Shown in pieces: positions 54,958 to 64,000 of a stretch of DNA of 64,000 bases. The notes beneath the pieces are model-generated. The model saw only the letters and a list, made by a program, of their open reading frames with translations, was not told where the DNA came from and ran no database searches. The DNA comes from Verrucomicrobiota bacterium (GTDB lineage Bacteria > Verrucomicrobiota > Verrucomicrobiia > Limisphaerales > UBA8199), in the NCBI GenBank assembly GCA_029974925.1, contig JARKQH010000168.1:888-64887 (forward strand), read 5' to 3'. Every line of letters starts with the position of its first letter. Position 1 is the first letter of the stretch. The position numbers and the translations under genes were made by a program.

Positions 54958-57900
54958 TCAGGGCTCACGAACGCGGTAGAACGCGGCGTTGGGCAGCGGC
55001 GCATTGTCGGTGAACGTGGCGATGCCGCCTTCCGGAACGGCCACGGTGCCCAGTTCCGTCCAACCCGCCCCGAGCGCCGGGGCGCGCAGCACCGTGTAGG
55101 TCTTGCCGACCTCGGCGGCGAACTTGACCTGCACGCTGGTCGGGCCGACCACCGGCGGCAGCATCCGGATCGCCGTGTAGTAGATCACCAACTTCGGTCG
55201 TGCATCGAGCGAGCTGTACTCCGCCGTCGCAATGCCCCAGCCATCGCCGCCATACGGCCACGGCAGGATGACCCAGCCGTAATTGGGCGCTCCGTTGGCC
55301 CAAAGTTGCACATCGGCCGTCATGTCGAATGTCTCGGAGCCGCTGGCCACGTTCGGAGTCAGGGACGGATTGCCGGCAGTGGCCGAAGCCGCTGCCACGG
55401 CTTCGACGCCATCGGCTTGAATCCCTTCGACAAAGAAACTCCAAGTATTGGTATCCTGCCACGGGATCAGCATACGATGGAATGTGCCGCCATCCCCCGG
55501 CCCGGCAGCCGTCCGGCTGAACAGGTGAAGCACAGCCGCCTGAATCTTGGCGCCGTAAGGCACCTGGCCGGCACCGGGACCGAAGATGCCGTCAAACCGG
55601 AACAACACATGTTCCGCGTCCTCCAGGCCGCTGGTGACCTCGAAATCAGGAAACACATGCTCGATGGCGGAGTACTCCGTGTCGGGGGTCCCTTCGCGAA
55701 TGCGGGTGTCCTTGGCGCCGGTGTAGCCGTTTTCGCCCTGCCGGAAGCTCGCCTCGATCAGGCCCGCCGGAATCCACTTGACGACCAGCCGCGGCCGGAA
55801 GGTCACGTTGGTGTGTTCGCACGGACTGAACGCCGTGGCGTTGTTGTTGTCCACCCAGCTTGGCATCACCCAGCCGTAGTTGGGTTCGCCGTTGACCCAG
55901 GCTTGCACATCCGGCAACACCCCCACGCGCATGATTCCGGTTTGCGTGGTGCCGTAGCCCGAACCTGCCCCCGTGCCCATTTGGGAGTAATAGGCGCTCT
56001 TGGCTTCCACGTCATCAAGCTGCACGCCATCCCCGATGCTCTCATACGTCACCGAATCGGCGTCCCAGTCAATCAGCATGCGGTGCAGCGGACTGCCCAC
56101 TCCCGTATCCGTGATGTTGAGATACAAGTCCGCTTCAATCACCGTCGCCCCGGGCGGGATTTGTCCCGGGTTGGTCCCGATAATATCGTCAAACCGCAGC
56201 AACCCTTCACGCGGGATTTCCGTCGCGGTGCGATTGGCCAGTTGAATCCCATTGGCCGGAGAGCTTCCCGCGGGCAGCGGCGTCGAATAGGACGTGATCC
56301 ACACCTCGCAATCCTTCGCGCCGGTATAAACACCAAAGCCGCCGTCCTTGCCCTGCTGGAAGTCACAGACATGCACCAGCGACAGCTCGATCTGCTTGCT
56401 CGCGGCAACCGTGCCGCCGTCGCCATCCGCAAGCGTAACGGTGACGGTGCGCGGATCCATCGAGGGGGTGCTGCTGACGCTGCGGAAGGTGATGTTCCGC
56501 AACAGCGCCTGGGCGGCCTCCGGCGTGGCCGAAACGTTGAGGCTGACCACCAACGGGCTGGTCCCGACTCCGCCGCTGAACGTCCCGATCGTGACGCCGC
56601 CGTAAGTGACGTTGTTGCCACTCACGCCAATCTGGCCAAATTCCGTCCCCGTGTTGCGAATCTCCAACCGGTCATTGCTGGTGCCGTTGGCCGTCAGCGC
56701 CACCGTGAGGGAGCCGCCGTCGTAATCGGTGGTGTCCGGATCGCTGATCGTAGCCAGGCCGTCAATGCCAATGCCCGGCCAGCCAATCCCGTAAACCAGG
56801 GTGCCCGAAGGCAGGGTCAGCACCGGCTCATTGTCCAGCGTCGTCGCGCTGAGTTTCGGCGTCAGCGCCGCATAGGCGGCATCCGTCGAGCTCACCGTGC
56901 CATTCAACGTGTAGGAGACGCCGCCATCGGCGACCAAATCGTCAACCGCGGTCACCGTGAAGCTTTGCGGGACGTTCCAGTTCGCCGGCGTGAACGTCCG
57001 CGAGGCCGGCGTCACCGTTCCCTCGGTGGGATCGCTCGAAGTGAAACTGACAGTCACATCCGCCGCCGGTTGCGAGTTCAATACCGCGGTGAAATTCGCC
57101 GTCGTCCCGGGTTCGCTCACCGTCACCCCGGCAAACGGGCTCAGAGTGATGCCCGGAACATCGTTGTCCAGGTTCACCACCGAGACATCCAGTGCGTTGA
57201 GGCCATTGTAGGCCGGATCCGAGCTGACGGCGGCCGCCGTCACAATCGGGTAGGTCACATTCCCATCCGGAACCGGATCATCCACTCCCGTCACGGTCAC
57301 CGTTTGCGGGAGGTAGTAATCCAGCATGGTGAAGGTGAGGCTCGACGGCGACACGGTGCCCTCGGTGGTGTCGCTTGACGACAGCGCGATCGTCACGTCC
57401 TCCATTGGCTGGGTGTTGAGCACCACGGTGAAGGTGGCGGTCCCCCCGGCCTCCGTCGTCGTCAGGCTGTTGGCGCTGAGGGTGATGCCCGCTTCGTTGT
57501 CGGCGTTGAGCGCGCCGACATCCTGCGGGTCCAGGCCGTTGAATCGCGGGTCGGCGCTGGTGGCTGGCGACAGCACGATCGTGTAGGCCACCTGCCCGTC
57601 GCTGTCGAAGTCGTCCATCCCATACACCGTGTTGGTCTGCGGCTCCCACCAGTTTTCCGGCGTAAAGGTCATGGTGGCCAGTTCCACCGTGCCTTCGGTT
57701 GGATCGCTCGAGCTCACGTTGATCGTGACATCCGCCGTCGGCTTCGTGTTGAGCGACACCGAGAAAGTCGCAAAGCCGCCTGCCTCCGAGGTTTGCAGGT
57801 TGGCCGACGGGGCGACATTGAACCCCGGGCCTGGCGCCGGAATGAACACGAACGAGATGGCGGGCTCGGTGATGATCACCCCGTCAACGATCTTATAGGG

Positions 57901-59103
57901 GGTCTGCCGGCCGTTGCTCGGCGTGTCCCGCGATTCAATCAGCCAGCCCAGGCCGTCATCGGTCATCTGGTAGTTGACAATGTTGTCGAGGTTGTATTGC
58001 CCGCCTCCCTCCGGCGAGATGATCAGCACGCCGTTGGTCGCCGCATAGTTCTTCATCTTGAGCAGCCACTGGCCGACCTTCACCTGTTCCACGGTGAATT
58101 GAGGCTCGGCGCCGCTGTAAATGATAATGCTGCCATCGCCGTTGAAGCGGCCGGAAACCACCGAGGTGTCCGTCCGCGGAATAAAGACAAAAGCCACCGG
58201 GTCCTGCTCGTAGCTGCTCGCGCTCGAGGTGGCGGCATCATGGATGTAAATCGTCCACGTGCCATCCTCGTTGGCTTGCGAGAGCGCGAAGTTCCCTTCG
58301 TCCTTGCCATGATTCACCAGCAGCACCCCGTCGGTCTGCGAATTGATCCCCAGCGACCGCAAATCGAGGAGCGACTTGCCTTGGTCCTGCACCCAACCCC
58401 CGGCGGCGGCCAGCTCGTTGGACACCCCCAGATGAATGAAATGCGTCCCGTAAACAATCTGCGGCGACGCAATCAAAAAATCGTTCGAGCCGCCGTTGAC
58501 GCGGTTCACATTCCGCGCCAGCCCGCCCAGATAGCGGCTGTACGGAAACCAGGCTCCCGCCACATTCACGTTGTACTCGATGGTGTTGCCCGCGCTGAAT
58601 GCATTGCCATACGTGGGATTGTTGCTCCACCGCGAAGCGTGGGTGCAGATGCGGTAGGGAATCGAGTCATGGATGAAACTGTGGGCATACGGGGAGTTCG
58701 TCGGCATCGGCGTCCAGTTGGTCCGGCCGTTCTCCGCCACGCACGAGATCAGAATGCCGTTGGTGATGTCGTCCGCCGCCGTCTCACCAATCTGCACGTA
58801 ATAATCGCCCGTGTTCCAGGTCGGCACGCCGTTGGCCAGGTCGGCTTTCACCGGCCGAAAATCGTTGATCGTGATCAGCGGAAACACATTCAAATTGGTG
58901 TTGGAAGCGTCATTGGGCACCATCTGCTCGACTTTGAGCAGGCCGGCGGAGATGCCGTGGGTGACTTGCTGGGCTTGGGCCAGGGACAGCCCGAAAGCCA
59001 GCAGCGCCATCCCCAGCAAGGCCGCCACTCCCCGCCAGGAATTCACACGCGTTGTTTTGCCTCCTTTGAGGCCCAATCGTCGGATGCAGGTTTGTGTCTT
59101 CAT
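54958..59103 (-). CDS. giant secreted protein: shared N-module, 3 Calx-beta/cadherin-like repeats, 2 DNRLRE-like modules, FYRV tail
   Basis: Signal VAALLGMALLAFGLSLAQA. Repeats of T.EAGGTATF.V.LN.QP..DVT....SSD.TEGTV.P..LTFT..NW..PQ..TV. Two modules with LLRFD/VLFRFD, HRMLI.W and PNYGWV. Ends AAFYRVREP. Confidence 0.85.
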   Translation of the reverse strand: MKTQTCIRRLGLKGGKTTRVNSWRGVAALLGMALLAFGLSLAQAQQVTHGISAGLLKVEQMVPNDASNTNLNVFPLITINDFRPVKADLANGVPTWNTGDYYVQIGETAADDITNGILISCVAENGRTNWTPMPTNSPYAHSFIHDSIPYRICTHASRWSNNPTYGNAFSAGNTIEYNVNVAGAWFPYSRYLGGLARNVNRVNGGSNDFLIASPQIVYGTHFIHLGVSNELAAAGGWVQDQGKSLLDLRSLGINSQTDGVLLVNHGKDEGNFALSQANEDGTWTIYIHDAATSSASSYEQDPVAFVFIPRTDTSVVSGRFNGDGSIIIYSGAEPQFTVEQVKVGQWLLKMKNYAATNGVLIISPEGGGQYNLDNIVNYQMTDDGLGWLIESRDTPSNGRQTPYKIVDGVIITEPAISFVFIPAPGPGFNVAPSANLQTSEAGGFATFSVSLNTKPTADVTINVSSSDPTEGTVELATMTFTPENWWEPQTNTVYGMDDFDSDGQVAYTIVLSPATSADPRFNGLDPQDVGALNADNEAGITLSANSLTTTEAGGTATFTVVLNTQPMEDVTIALSSSDTTEGTVSPSSLTFTMLDYYLPQTVTVTGVDDPVPDGNVTYPIVTAAAVSSDPAYNGLNALDVSVVNLDNDVPGITLSPFAGVTVSEPGTTANFTAVLNSQPAADVTVSFTSSDPTEGTVTPASRTFTPANWNVPQSFTVTAVDDLVADGGVSYTLNGTVSSTDAAYAALTPKLSATTLDNEPVLTLPSGTLVYGIGWPGIGIDGLATISDPDTTDYDGGSLTVALTANGTSNDRLEIRNTGTEFGQIGVSGNNVTYGGVTIGTFSGGVGTSPLVVSLNVSATPEAAQALLRNITFRSVSSTPSMDPRTVTVTLADGDGGTVAASKQIELSLVHVCDFQQGKDGGFGVYTGAKDCEVWITSYSTPLPAGSSPANGIQLANRTATEIPREGLLRFDDIIGTNPGQIPPGATVIEADLYLNITDTGVGSPLHRMLIDWDADSVTYESIGDGVQLDDVEAKSAYYSQMGTGAGSGYGTTQTGIMRVGVLPDVQAWVNGEPNYGWVMPSWVDNNNATAFSPCEHTNVTFRPRLVVKWIPAGLIEASFRQGENGYTGAKDTRIREGTPDTEYSAIEHVFPDFEVTSGLEDAEHVLFRFDGIFGPGAGQVPYGAKIQAAVLHLFSRTAAGPGDGGTFHRMLIPWQDTNTWSFFVEGIQADGVEAVAAASATAGNPSLTPNVASGSETFDMTADVQLWANGAPNYGWVILPWPYGGDGWGIATAEYSSLDARPKLVIYYTAIRMLPPVVGPTSVQVKFAAEVGKTYTVLRAPALGAGWTELGTVAVPEGGIATFTDNAPLPNAAFYRVREP
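56824..57828 (-). repeat. three tandem ~110-aa Calx-beta/cadherin-like coding repeats
   Basis: aa ~441-775 of the 1396-aa track ORF. The repeated consensus is visible by eye. Confidence 0.7.
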
Positions 59104-59166
59104 TTTTGTTGGTTTTACGGTTAAGGTGCTGTGATTGGAAACTGACAAAAATCGCGCTCTCGCGTC

Positions 59167-59988
59167 TCAAGGCATGCCTGGCTGGCGCGCCGAATCATGC
59201 GCCAGGTTCCACACGTGCATGAAGCGCTTCTGCGTTACCCACTCGGCGTGACCGTCGCAAAACACAAAGTTCTGGCCCTCGTTCCCATGGTTGTCGGTCT
59301 TGCTGTCCGGCCAGTTGTTGATGTCCTTCGGGTCTATCGTGGTCACCGTGTCATCGGCGTCCGTCAACAGGAAGATTTGCGACGGCCCGGGCTTGGTCCC
59401 CAGCGCCAGCGAATAGTTGTAAATCACAAAAGTCGCCACCGTGGACTCTTTCTTCTTTGTCGCCACGGCGGTCCCTCCGGAACGGTCGGTGAAATTCCCA
59501 AAACATTCATAGCTGGTGCCTGGCGCGTCCGGCCCGGCCCCGTTGTTGCAGAGGTCACGAAGCGTCTCCCCGTTCCACTTGGCCGTCATGTTCGTCCGAA
59601 TCAGGTTCCGCGTGCTCGGACACAAGTAGCTGCCTTGGGATTTAACGTAGGTCGGCCACAACCAGGTCAGGTCATCATCCGAACTCGACCGGTCGGTTTT
59701 GCCCCCAGCCGGAATATTTCCCACTTCGGGAGCCCACCACGTCGGCCCGCAATAGTTGCCTTGCGAGTCGTCCGCGTACATCTGGCTGCCCAAGCCCAGT
59801 TGCTTGAGATTGTTCAGGCAGCCAATCCGCTTGGCGCGGTTCTTGGCTCGGGCCAGCGCAGGCAGCAGCATGGCAGCCAAAATGGCGATGATCGCAATGA
59901 CCACGAGCAGTTCAATGAGAGTGAATCCGGAGCGACGTTTCGGCTTGGGGGAGTGGAGCATAAGAGAGCAAGAAGATTTCATCATCAT
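59167..59988 (-). CDS. prepilin-type N-terminal cleavage/methylation domain protein, DUF1559 (H-X9-DG-like) pseudopilin
   Basis: [25 protein letters not shown] leader with Glu+5. C-terminal [19 protein letters not shown] (the H-to-DG spacing is 10 here). Start is one of four ATGs between 59982 and 60006. Confidence 0.9.
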   Translation of the reverse strand: MMMKSSCSLMLHSPKPKRRSGFTLIELLVVIAIIAILAAMLLPALARAKNRAKRIGCLNNLKQLGLGSQMYADDSQGNYCGPTWWAPEVGNIPAGGKTDRSSSDDDLTWLWPTYVKSQGSYLCPSTRNLIRTNMTAKWNGETLRDLCNNGAGPDAPGTSYECFGNFTDRSGGTAVATKKKESTVATFVIYNYSLALGTKPGPSQIFLLTDADDTVTTIDPKDINNWPDSKTDNHGNEGQNFVFCDGHAEWVTQKRFMHVWNLAHDSARQPGMP

Positions 59989-60035
59989 GTTAGTGGCTGA
60001 AATCATTTTTTAGTGTAGCGCGTTAACGCACCAAC

Positions 60036-60066
60036 CTTTTTACACTATTCTTTTTCATTCTGTCAA
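60036..60066 (-). promoter_or_regulatory. candidate sigma70-like promoter of the pseudopilin/giant-protein operon (TTGACA, 17 nt spacer, GTAAAA)
   Basis: On the minus strand, TTGACA corresponds to plus 60061-60066 and the -10-like GTAAAA/TAAAAA to plus about 60036-60043. It lies in an AT-rich island. The palindrome GCGTTAACGC (60020-60029) sits at the expected transcription start. Confidence 0.4.
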
Positions 60067-60304
60067 CTTCTATCGCAGAGTTTTTTTAATCTCCAGGCTC
60101 TCCATCCGCAACAAAAGGCTTGTTACAATCTGGTAACGGGGGGCGTTAACGTTATTGTGAAGTCTTGCTTCGCCGACTCTTCTCCCATCGCTTCCGCCTT
60201 TCCTTCGCTCCTGAAAAGCCGGTTTGCCCCCAAGCCCCTCTTTCGATTCGTTTCTCAGGTGAAACGCATTGCGAAAGCGCAGTCGTCAACCATAATGGCC
60301 GCGT

Positions 60305-61045
60305 ATGCTGAAACTGGGCGTTAACATTGACCATGTGGCAACGGTGCGGGAAGCGCGCTATCGCGGGCGTGGGAGGGGGGAACCCGACCCCGTGGCCGCG
60401 GCGTTGGCCAGCGAAGCGGCCGGGGCCCATGGCATTACCGCCCACCTGCGCGAAGACCGCCGCCACATCCAGGACCGGGACGTGTGGAAGCTGCGGGAGG
60501 TCATCAAGACGCGCCTCAACCTGGAAATGGCCAACTCTGCGGAAATCATTGAAATCGCGCTGAAGCTTCGGCCCGACATTGTCTGTCTGGTCCCGGAGCG
60601 CCGGCAGGAAGTGACCACCGAGGGCGGATTGGACGTGGCGGGCAACCTTGCCGCGTTAACCGAAACCCGCCGGCGCATGAACGACGCCGGCGTCGAAGTG
60701 AGCTTGTTCATTGCGCCCGACCCGGAACAAATTGAAGCAGCCGCCCGCACCGGCGCCCAGTTCATCGAGCTGCACACCGGTTCCTTTGCCGAGAGTTTTG
60801 CCGCCCAGGCGGGCGTCGAGGAGGAACTGGCCCGCCTCGTTTCAGGCGCGGAACAGGCCCACCGTCTCGGCTTGCGAGTCAATGCCGGCCACGGGCTGAA
60901 CTACGACAACCTGCCGTGGATCCACCGCGTGCCGCACCTGGTGGAATTGAACATCGGCCATAGCATTGTGAGCCGGGCGGTGATGGTGGGCATGGAGGCG
61001 GCGGTGCGGGACATGCTGCGATTGATGGCCCCGTATCGGGGTTGA
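60305..61045 (+). CDS. pdxJ: pyridoxine 5'-phosphate synthase
   Basis: [27 protein letters not shown] and CLVPE.R.E.TTEGGLD. Confidence 0.95.
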   Translation: MLKLGVNIDHVATVREARYRGRGRGEPDPVAAALASEAAGAHGITAHLREDRRHIQDRDVWKLREVIKTRLNLEMANSAEIIEIALKLRPDIVCLVPERRQEVTTEGGLDVAGNLAALTETRRRMNDAGVEVSLFIAPDPEQIEAAARTGAQFIELHTGSFAESFAAQAGVEEELARLVSGAEQAHRLGLRVNAGHGLNYDNLPWIHRVPHLVELNIGHSIVSRAVMVGMEAAVRDMLRLMAPYRG

Positions 61046-61054
61046 GGGGGGCGC

Positions 61055-61462
61055 ATGGTGCTGGGTCTGGGCATTGACATTATCGAGGTCGGGCGCATTC
61101 AGGCCTCGTATGAGAAGTTCGGGGAACGGTTCCTCAATCGCATTTTGCACCCCAACGAAATCAGTTACAGCCTGTCCCATAAGACACCCGGGCCGTTTCT
61201 GGCGGCGCGGTTCGCCGCCAAGGAGGCGATTTCGAAGGCGTTCGGGACGGGAATCGGCGCGCAACTGGGCTGGCGGGACATGGAGGTGGCGCGGCGGGAC
61301 AGCGGCGAACCTTACGTCATTTTGCATGACAATGGCCTGAAGCTGCTGCGCGAGCGCGGGGCGCATTCCGTCCGCTTGAGCCTGTCGCACACCCGCGATT
61401 ACGCCGCCGCCGTGGCCATCCTGGAGGGACCCGGCGGGGCTGGATCAGGTTCCGGAACTTAG
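61055..61462 (+). CDS. acpS: holo-[acyl-carrier-protein] synthase
   Basis: GLGIDIIEVGRI, AARFAAKEA..KA.G and SLSH...YA.A. Confidence 0.9.
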   Translation: MVLGLGIDIIEVGRIQASYEKFGERFLNRILHPNEISYSLSHKTPGPFLAARFAAKEAISKAFGTGIGAQLGWRDMEVARRDSGEPYVILHDNGLKLLRERGAHSVRLSLSHTRDYAAAVAILEGPGGAGSGSGT

Positions 61463-61557
61463 CTCGCTTGTTTCGAGCGCCAGGCGCCGCGTGAACGCGG
61501 GCCGCTCCTCGGAGGGGCGCGGGGCCTCCACCTGCGGCGCGGGGCCCGCTGAACCGG

Positions 61558-62079
61558 TTATTCCGGCTCCTCGGCGGGTTCGCCTTCTTCGGCTGGCGCC
61601 GGGTAAGCCGCCGCCTCACGTGGGCGCAGACCCGCGCGCCGGCGGACGCCGTCGCGCTCAAGCTGCTTTTCCGCGGCCGCCGAAAACCGGGTCCAGGGGA
61701 TGGCTTCGAGGCGGCGGGGCTCGATGGGTTTTCCAGTCAATTCGCAGATGCCGTAAGTGCCATTGCGAATTCGGTCTATGGCCTGATCAATCTGGTAGAG
61801 CGCATCCTGTTCCGAAGACAGCACGCTAAGCGCCAGGTCGCGATGATAGTGGTCGGTGCCGGCATCCGCCATGTGCTGGCTGAAACGGGGGCTCGACTCG
61901 AGCGCGTCCTTGGCCAGACCCGCCTGCTGGCGGAGCATCTGCTCCCGCAGCTTCACCAGCCGCTCAAAGTGCGGCCGGAATCGAAGGGGAATGCGGCGCC
62001 GGGACGGCGGCGGCCCCACCACATCCGTGGTGCTGGCCCGGCGGGGGCCTCTGGCAGGCTGGCGTCTTCGTTGGGTCAT
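61558..62079 (-). CDS. TraR/DksA-family protein lacking the C4 zinc finger (one Cys only)
   Basis: DRIRNGTYGICELTGKPIEPRRLEAIPWTRFSAAAEK aligns with the DksA C-x2-C-x17-C-x2-C region. Only the first Cys is retained; the others read T, S and A. Confidence 0.75.
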   Translation of the reverse strand: MTQRRRQPARGPRRASTTDVVGPPPSRRRIPLRFRPHFERLVKLREQMLRQQAGLAKDALESSPRFSQHMADAGTDHYHRDLALSVLSSEQDALYQIDQAIDRIRNGTYGICELTGKPIEPRRLEAIPWTRFSAAAEKQLERDGVRRRAGLRPREAAAYPAPAEEGEPAEEPE

Positions 62080-62183
62080 GCGTTAAAGGTCGCACAAGCG
62101 CGGCTCAAATCAATCCAGGGGTTTGATTTCGTTGGGCTGATTTTGCTGTTGGCGACTCCAGGGCTTTGAACCAAAATCCAGGC

Positions 62184-63752
62184 ATGAAGCGATCCTTTTT
62201 ATCCGCATCCGCCGTGCTCCTGACGCTGGCTTGGACCTGCCTGGGCGCGGCGCCCCGCCCCAACATTCTGTTCATCATGAGCGATGATCATGCGGCGCAC
62301 GCCATCAGTGCTTACGGGAGCCGGATCAATCGGACGCCGCATCTGGACCGCCTGGCCGAAGCGGGCATGCGTTTCGACAATTGCTTCTGCGTCAACTCCA
62401 TCTGTTCTCCCAGCCGCGCCACCATCCTCACCGGCAAATACAGTCATCTCAACGGCGTGCCTACCTTTAACCGTTTCGACGGCTCGCAGCCAACGGTGGC
62501 CAAGTATCTGCAGACGGCCGGTTATCACACCGGCATCGTGGGCAAGTGGCATCTGGGCAGCGAGCCCACCGGCTTCGACCGCTGGATCGTTCTGCCGGGC
62601 CAGGGCCTTTACTACGACCCGGATTTCATTGATCCGGACGGCCGGCGCAAAATTCCGGGCTACGTCACCGATATCATCACCGACCTCGCGATCGAGTTTC
62701 TGCGCAACCGGCCCGCTGACAAGCCCTTCTTCCTGATGTGTCATCATAAAGCCCCTCATCGGGCCTGGGAGCCCAGCCCGAAATACCGGGAGGAGTTCAG
62801 CCGGAAAACCTTTCCCGAGCCGGCGACTCTGTGGGATGACTACCGCGGCCGGGCGGATGCCATTCGCGAATGCGCCCAGAAGGTCTCGCAGAATCTAACT
62901 CGCCGGGACCTGAAGTTGGAGCCGCCGCCGGGCTTGGCGCCGGCGGAGCGCAACCGCTGGCTTTCCACGGCGCCCGATGAGGTCGAGGTCGAGCTGGACG
63001 GCGCCAGGCACATCCTGCGCGGCAACGCCCTTACCGCCTGGAAATATCAGCGATACATGCAGGACTACCTGGGCTGCGTGCAGTCGGTGGACGACAGTGT
63101 GGGCCGCCTGGTCGGCTGGCTGGACGAGCATGGCCTGGGAACCAACACCGTCGTGATCTACACCAGCGACCAGGGCTTCTTCCTCGGCGACCACGGGCTC
63201 TACGACAAGCGGTTCATGTATGAGGAATCCCTGCGCATGCCGTTCCTGGTTCGCTGGCCGGCTGCAACCCGGCCCAACAGTGTCCAGGAGGCGCTGGTCA
63301 TCAATCCTGATTTCGCCCCGACCTTTCTCGAACTGGCAGGCGTGCCCGTGCCGGCTGACATGCAGGGCCGCAGCCTGGTTCCTTTGCTCCAGGGCCGGCA
63401 GCCCGCCGACTGGCGCACGAGCTTCTATTACCGTTATTACCACGATCCCGGCGACCACAACACCCGCGCCCATTACGGGGTGCGGACCCAGACCCATAAA
63501 CTCATTCATTTTTGGAAACAAGATCAGTGGGAAATGTACGATTTGAGGGTGGACCCCGAGGAATTGCGGAATGTCTATCACGAGCCCCATCTCCAAAGCA
63601 CTGTGGCCAAACTCAAAGCCGAACTTTACCGCCTCAAGCAGGCGGTCAAGGATGAGGACCAGTTCGCCGACCGTCAGCCTCCGCACGATGTGGGCGGGCC
63701 GGAACCGCGTCAAAAGGGCAAACAGCCCGCCGCCAAGCAGCCCAAGGCCTGA
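62184..63752 (+). CDS. secreted formylglycine-dependent sulfatase
   Basis: [11 protein letters not shown] and the [11 protein letters not shown] (C-x-P-x-R) motif, preceded by a signal peptide. Substrate not inferable. Confidence 0.9.
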   Translation: MKRSFLSASAVLLTLAWTCLGAAPRPNILFIMSDDHAAHAISAYGSRINRTPHLDRLAEAGMRFDNCFCVNSICSPSRATILTGKYSHLNGVPTFNRFDGSQPTVAKYLQTAGYHTGIVGKWHLGSEPTGFDRWIVLPGQGLYYDPDFIDPDGRRKIPGYVTDIITDLAIEFLRNRPADKPFFLMCHHKAPHRAWEPSPKYREEFSRKTFPEPATLWDDYRGRADAIRECAQKVSQNLTRRDLKLEPPPGLAPAERNRWLSTAPDEVEVELDGARHILRGNALTAWKYQRYMQDYLGCVQSVDDSVGRLVGWLDEHGLGTNTVVIYTSDQGFFLGDHGLYDKRFMYEESLRMPFLVRWPAATRPNSVQEALVINPDFAPTFLELAGVPVPADMQGRSLVPLLQGRQPADWRTSFYYRYYHDPGDHNTRAHYGVRTQTHKLIHFWKQDQWEMYDLRVDPEELRNVYHEPHLQSTVAKLKAELYRLKQAVKDEDQFADRQPPHDVGGPEPRQKGKQPAAKQPKA

Positions 63753-63760
63753 CTGGCACC

Positions 63761-64000
63761 ATGAGCGACCTCAGGAGATTTCGAATCGGCGTCCTCGGCT
63801 CCGGCAAGGGCTCGAATTTCGAAGCCATTGCGCAAGCCTGTGCGACAGGGATCGTCCCGGCCGAGGTGGCCCTCGTGCTCAGCGATTGCCCGGACGCGGG
63901 CATCCTCGCCCGGGCGAAGGAACGTGGCATTCCGGCGCGGTACATCCCGCCGGGGCCGTTCAAAACCAAGCTGGATGACGCGGCCGAGCGCGCCTATGTC
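63761..64000 (+). CDS. purN: phosphoribosylglycinamide formyltransferase, N-terminal part (runs off the window end)
   Basis: [16 protein letters not shown]......[11 protein letters not shown]...AGIL.RA...GIP. Confidence 0.85.
   Translation, partial: MSDLRRFRIGVLGSGKGSNFEAIAQACATGIVPAEVALVLSDCPDAGILARAKERGIPARYIPPGPFKTKLDDAAERAYV

Noticed and set aside
54847-57378. 843-aa plus-strand ORF antisense to the DNRLRE giant. Similar long antisense ORFs lie at 30922-33318, 42398-44422, 13563-14999, 7861-9210, 1834-3423, 594-1829, 40808-42343, 51454-53019 and 57793-59124.
   Set aside because: Same reasoning. Each overlaps a gene with strong motif support on the other strand and has an implausible Arg/Pro/Gly-dominated composition. 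They are treated as GC-bias artefacts, not overlapping genes.
60152-60466. 104-aa minus-strand ORF spanning the pdxJ start region.
   Set aside because: It overlaps the well-supported pdxJ N-terminus in antisense and has no motifs or a plausible start context.

Overview
GC-rich (about 60-65% by eye, not computed) chromosomal segment, densely coding, with about 45 protein genes. I recognised no rRNA, tRNA, CRISPR array, transposase or integrase. The gene content fits a Verrucomicrobiota/PVC-type genome: a DUF1559 H-X9-DG-like pseudopilin, a Minf_1886-like protein, and giant secreted proteins ending in ...[FY][FY]R[LIV].

Ordinary content:
- Housekeeping genes: tsaC/sua5, dus, trmB, nadD, rsfS, pdxJ, acpS, purN.
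- System II cytochrome c biogenesis (resB-ccsA).
- PFOR plus a DHOD-like partner.
- A lat-pcd lysine catabolism pair.
- Two two-component systems and an orphan TolC-like gene.
- An M16 peptidase, CstA and a sulfatase.
- A glycan-degradation cluster: DUF4965 glutaminase-like, GH43-LamG, propeller/YYY sensor kinase, NarL-type regulator and GH2, with a GH51 elsewhere.

Most unusual content:
1. A pseudopilin-led operon (51268-60066, minus strand) encodes two giant secreted proteins. They share an unassigned, internally three-fold repeated N-terminal module of about 340-375 aa.
2. A short C-terminal tail ending in aromatic-aromatic-Arg-aliphatic recurs on four unrelated large secreted proteins.
3. 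An 860-aa secreted protein carries about eight copies of an unassigned propeller-like repeat plus a tandem 390-bp duplicated Cys-rich domain.
4. A WXG100-like small protein is coupled to a helical ORF at the window edge.
5. CstA carries a fused YbdD/YjiX-like RRCC tail.
6. A duplicated-domain lipoprotein is translationally coupled to resB-ccsA.

All functional calls rest on motif recognition by eye and on remembered family signatures. No database search was run. Long antisense ORFs in the track are treated as GC-bias artefacts.
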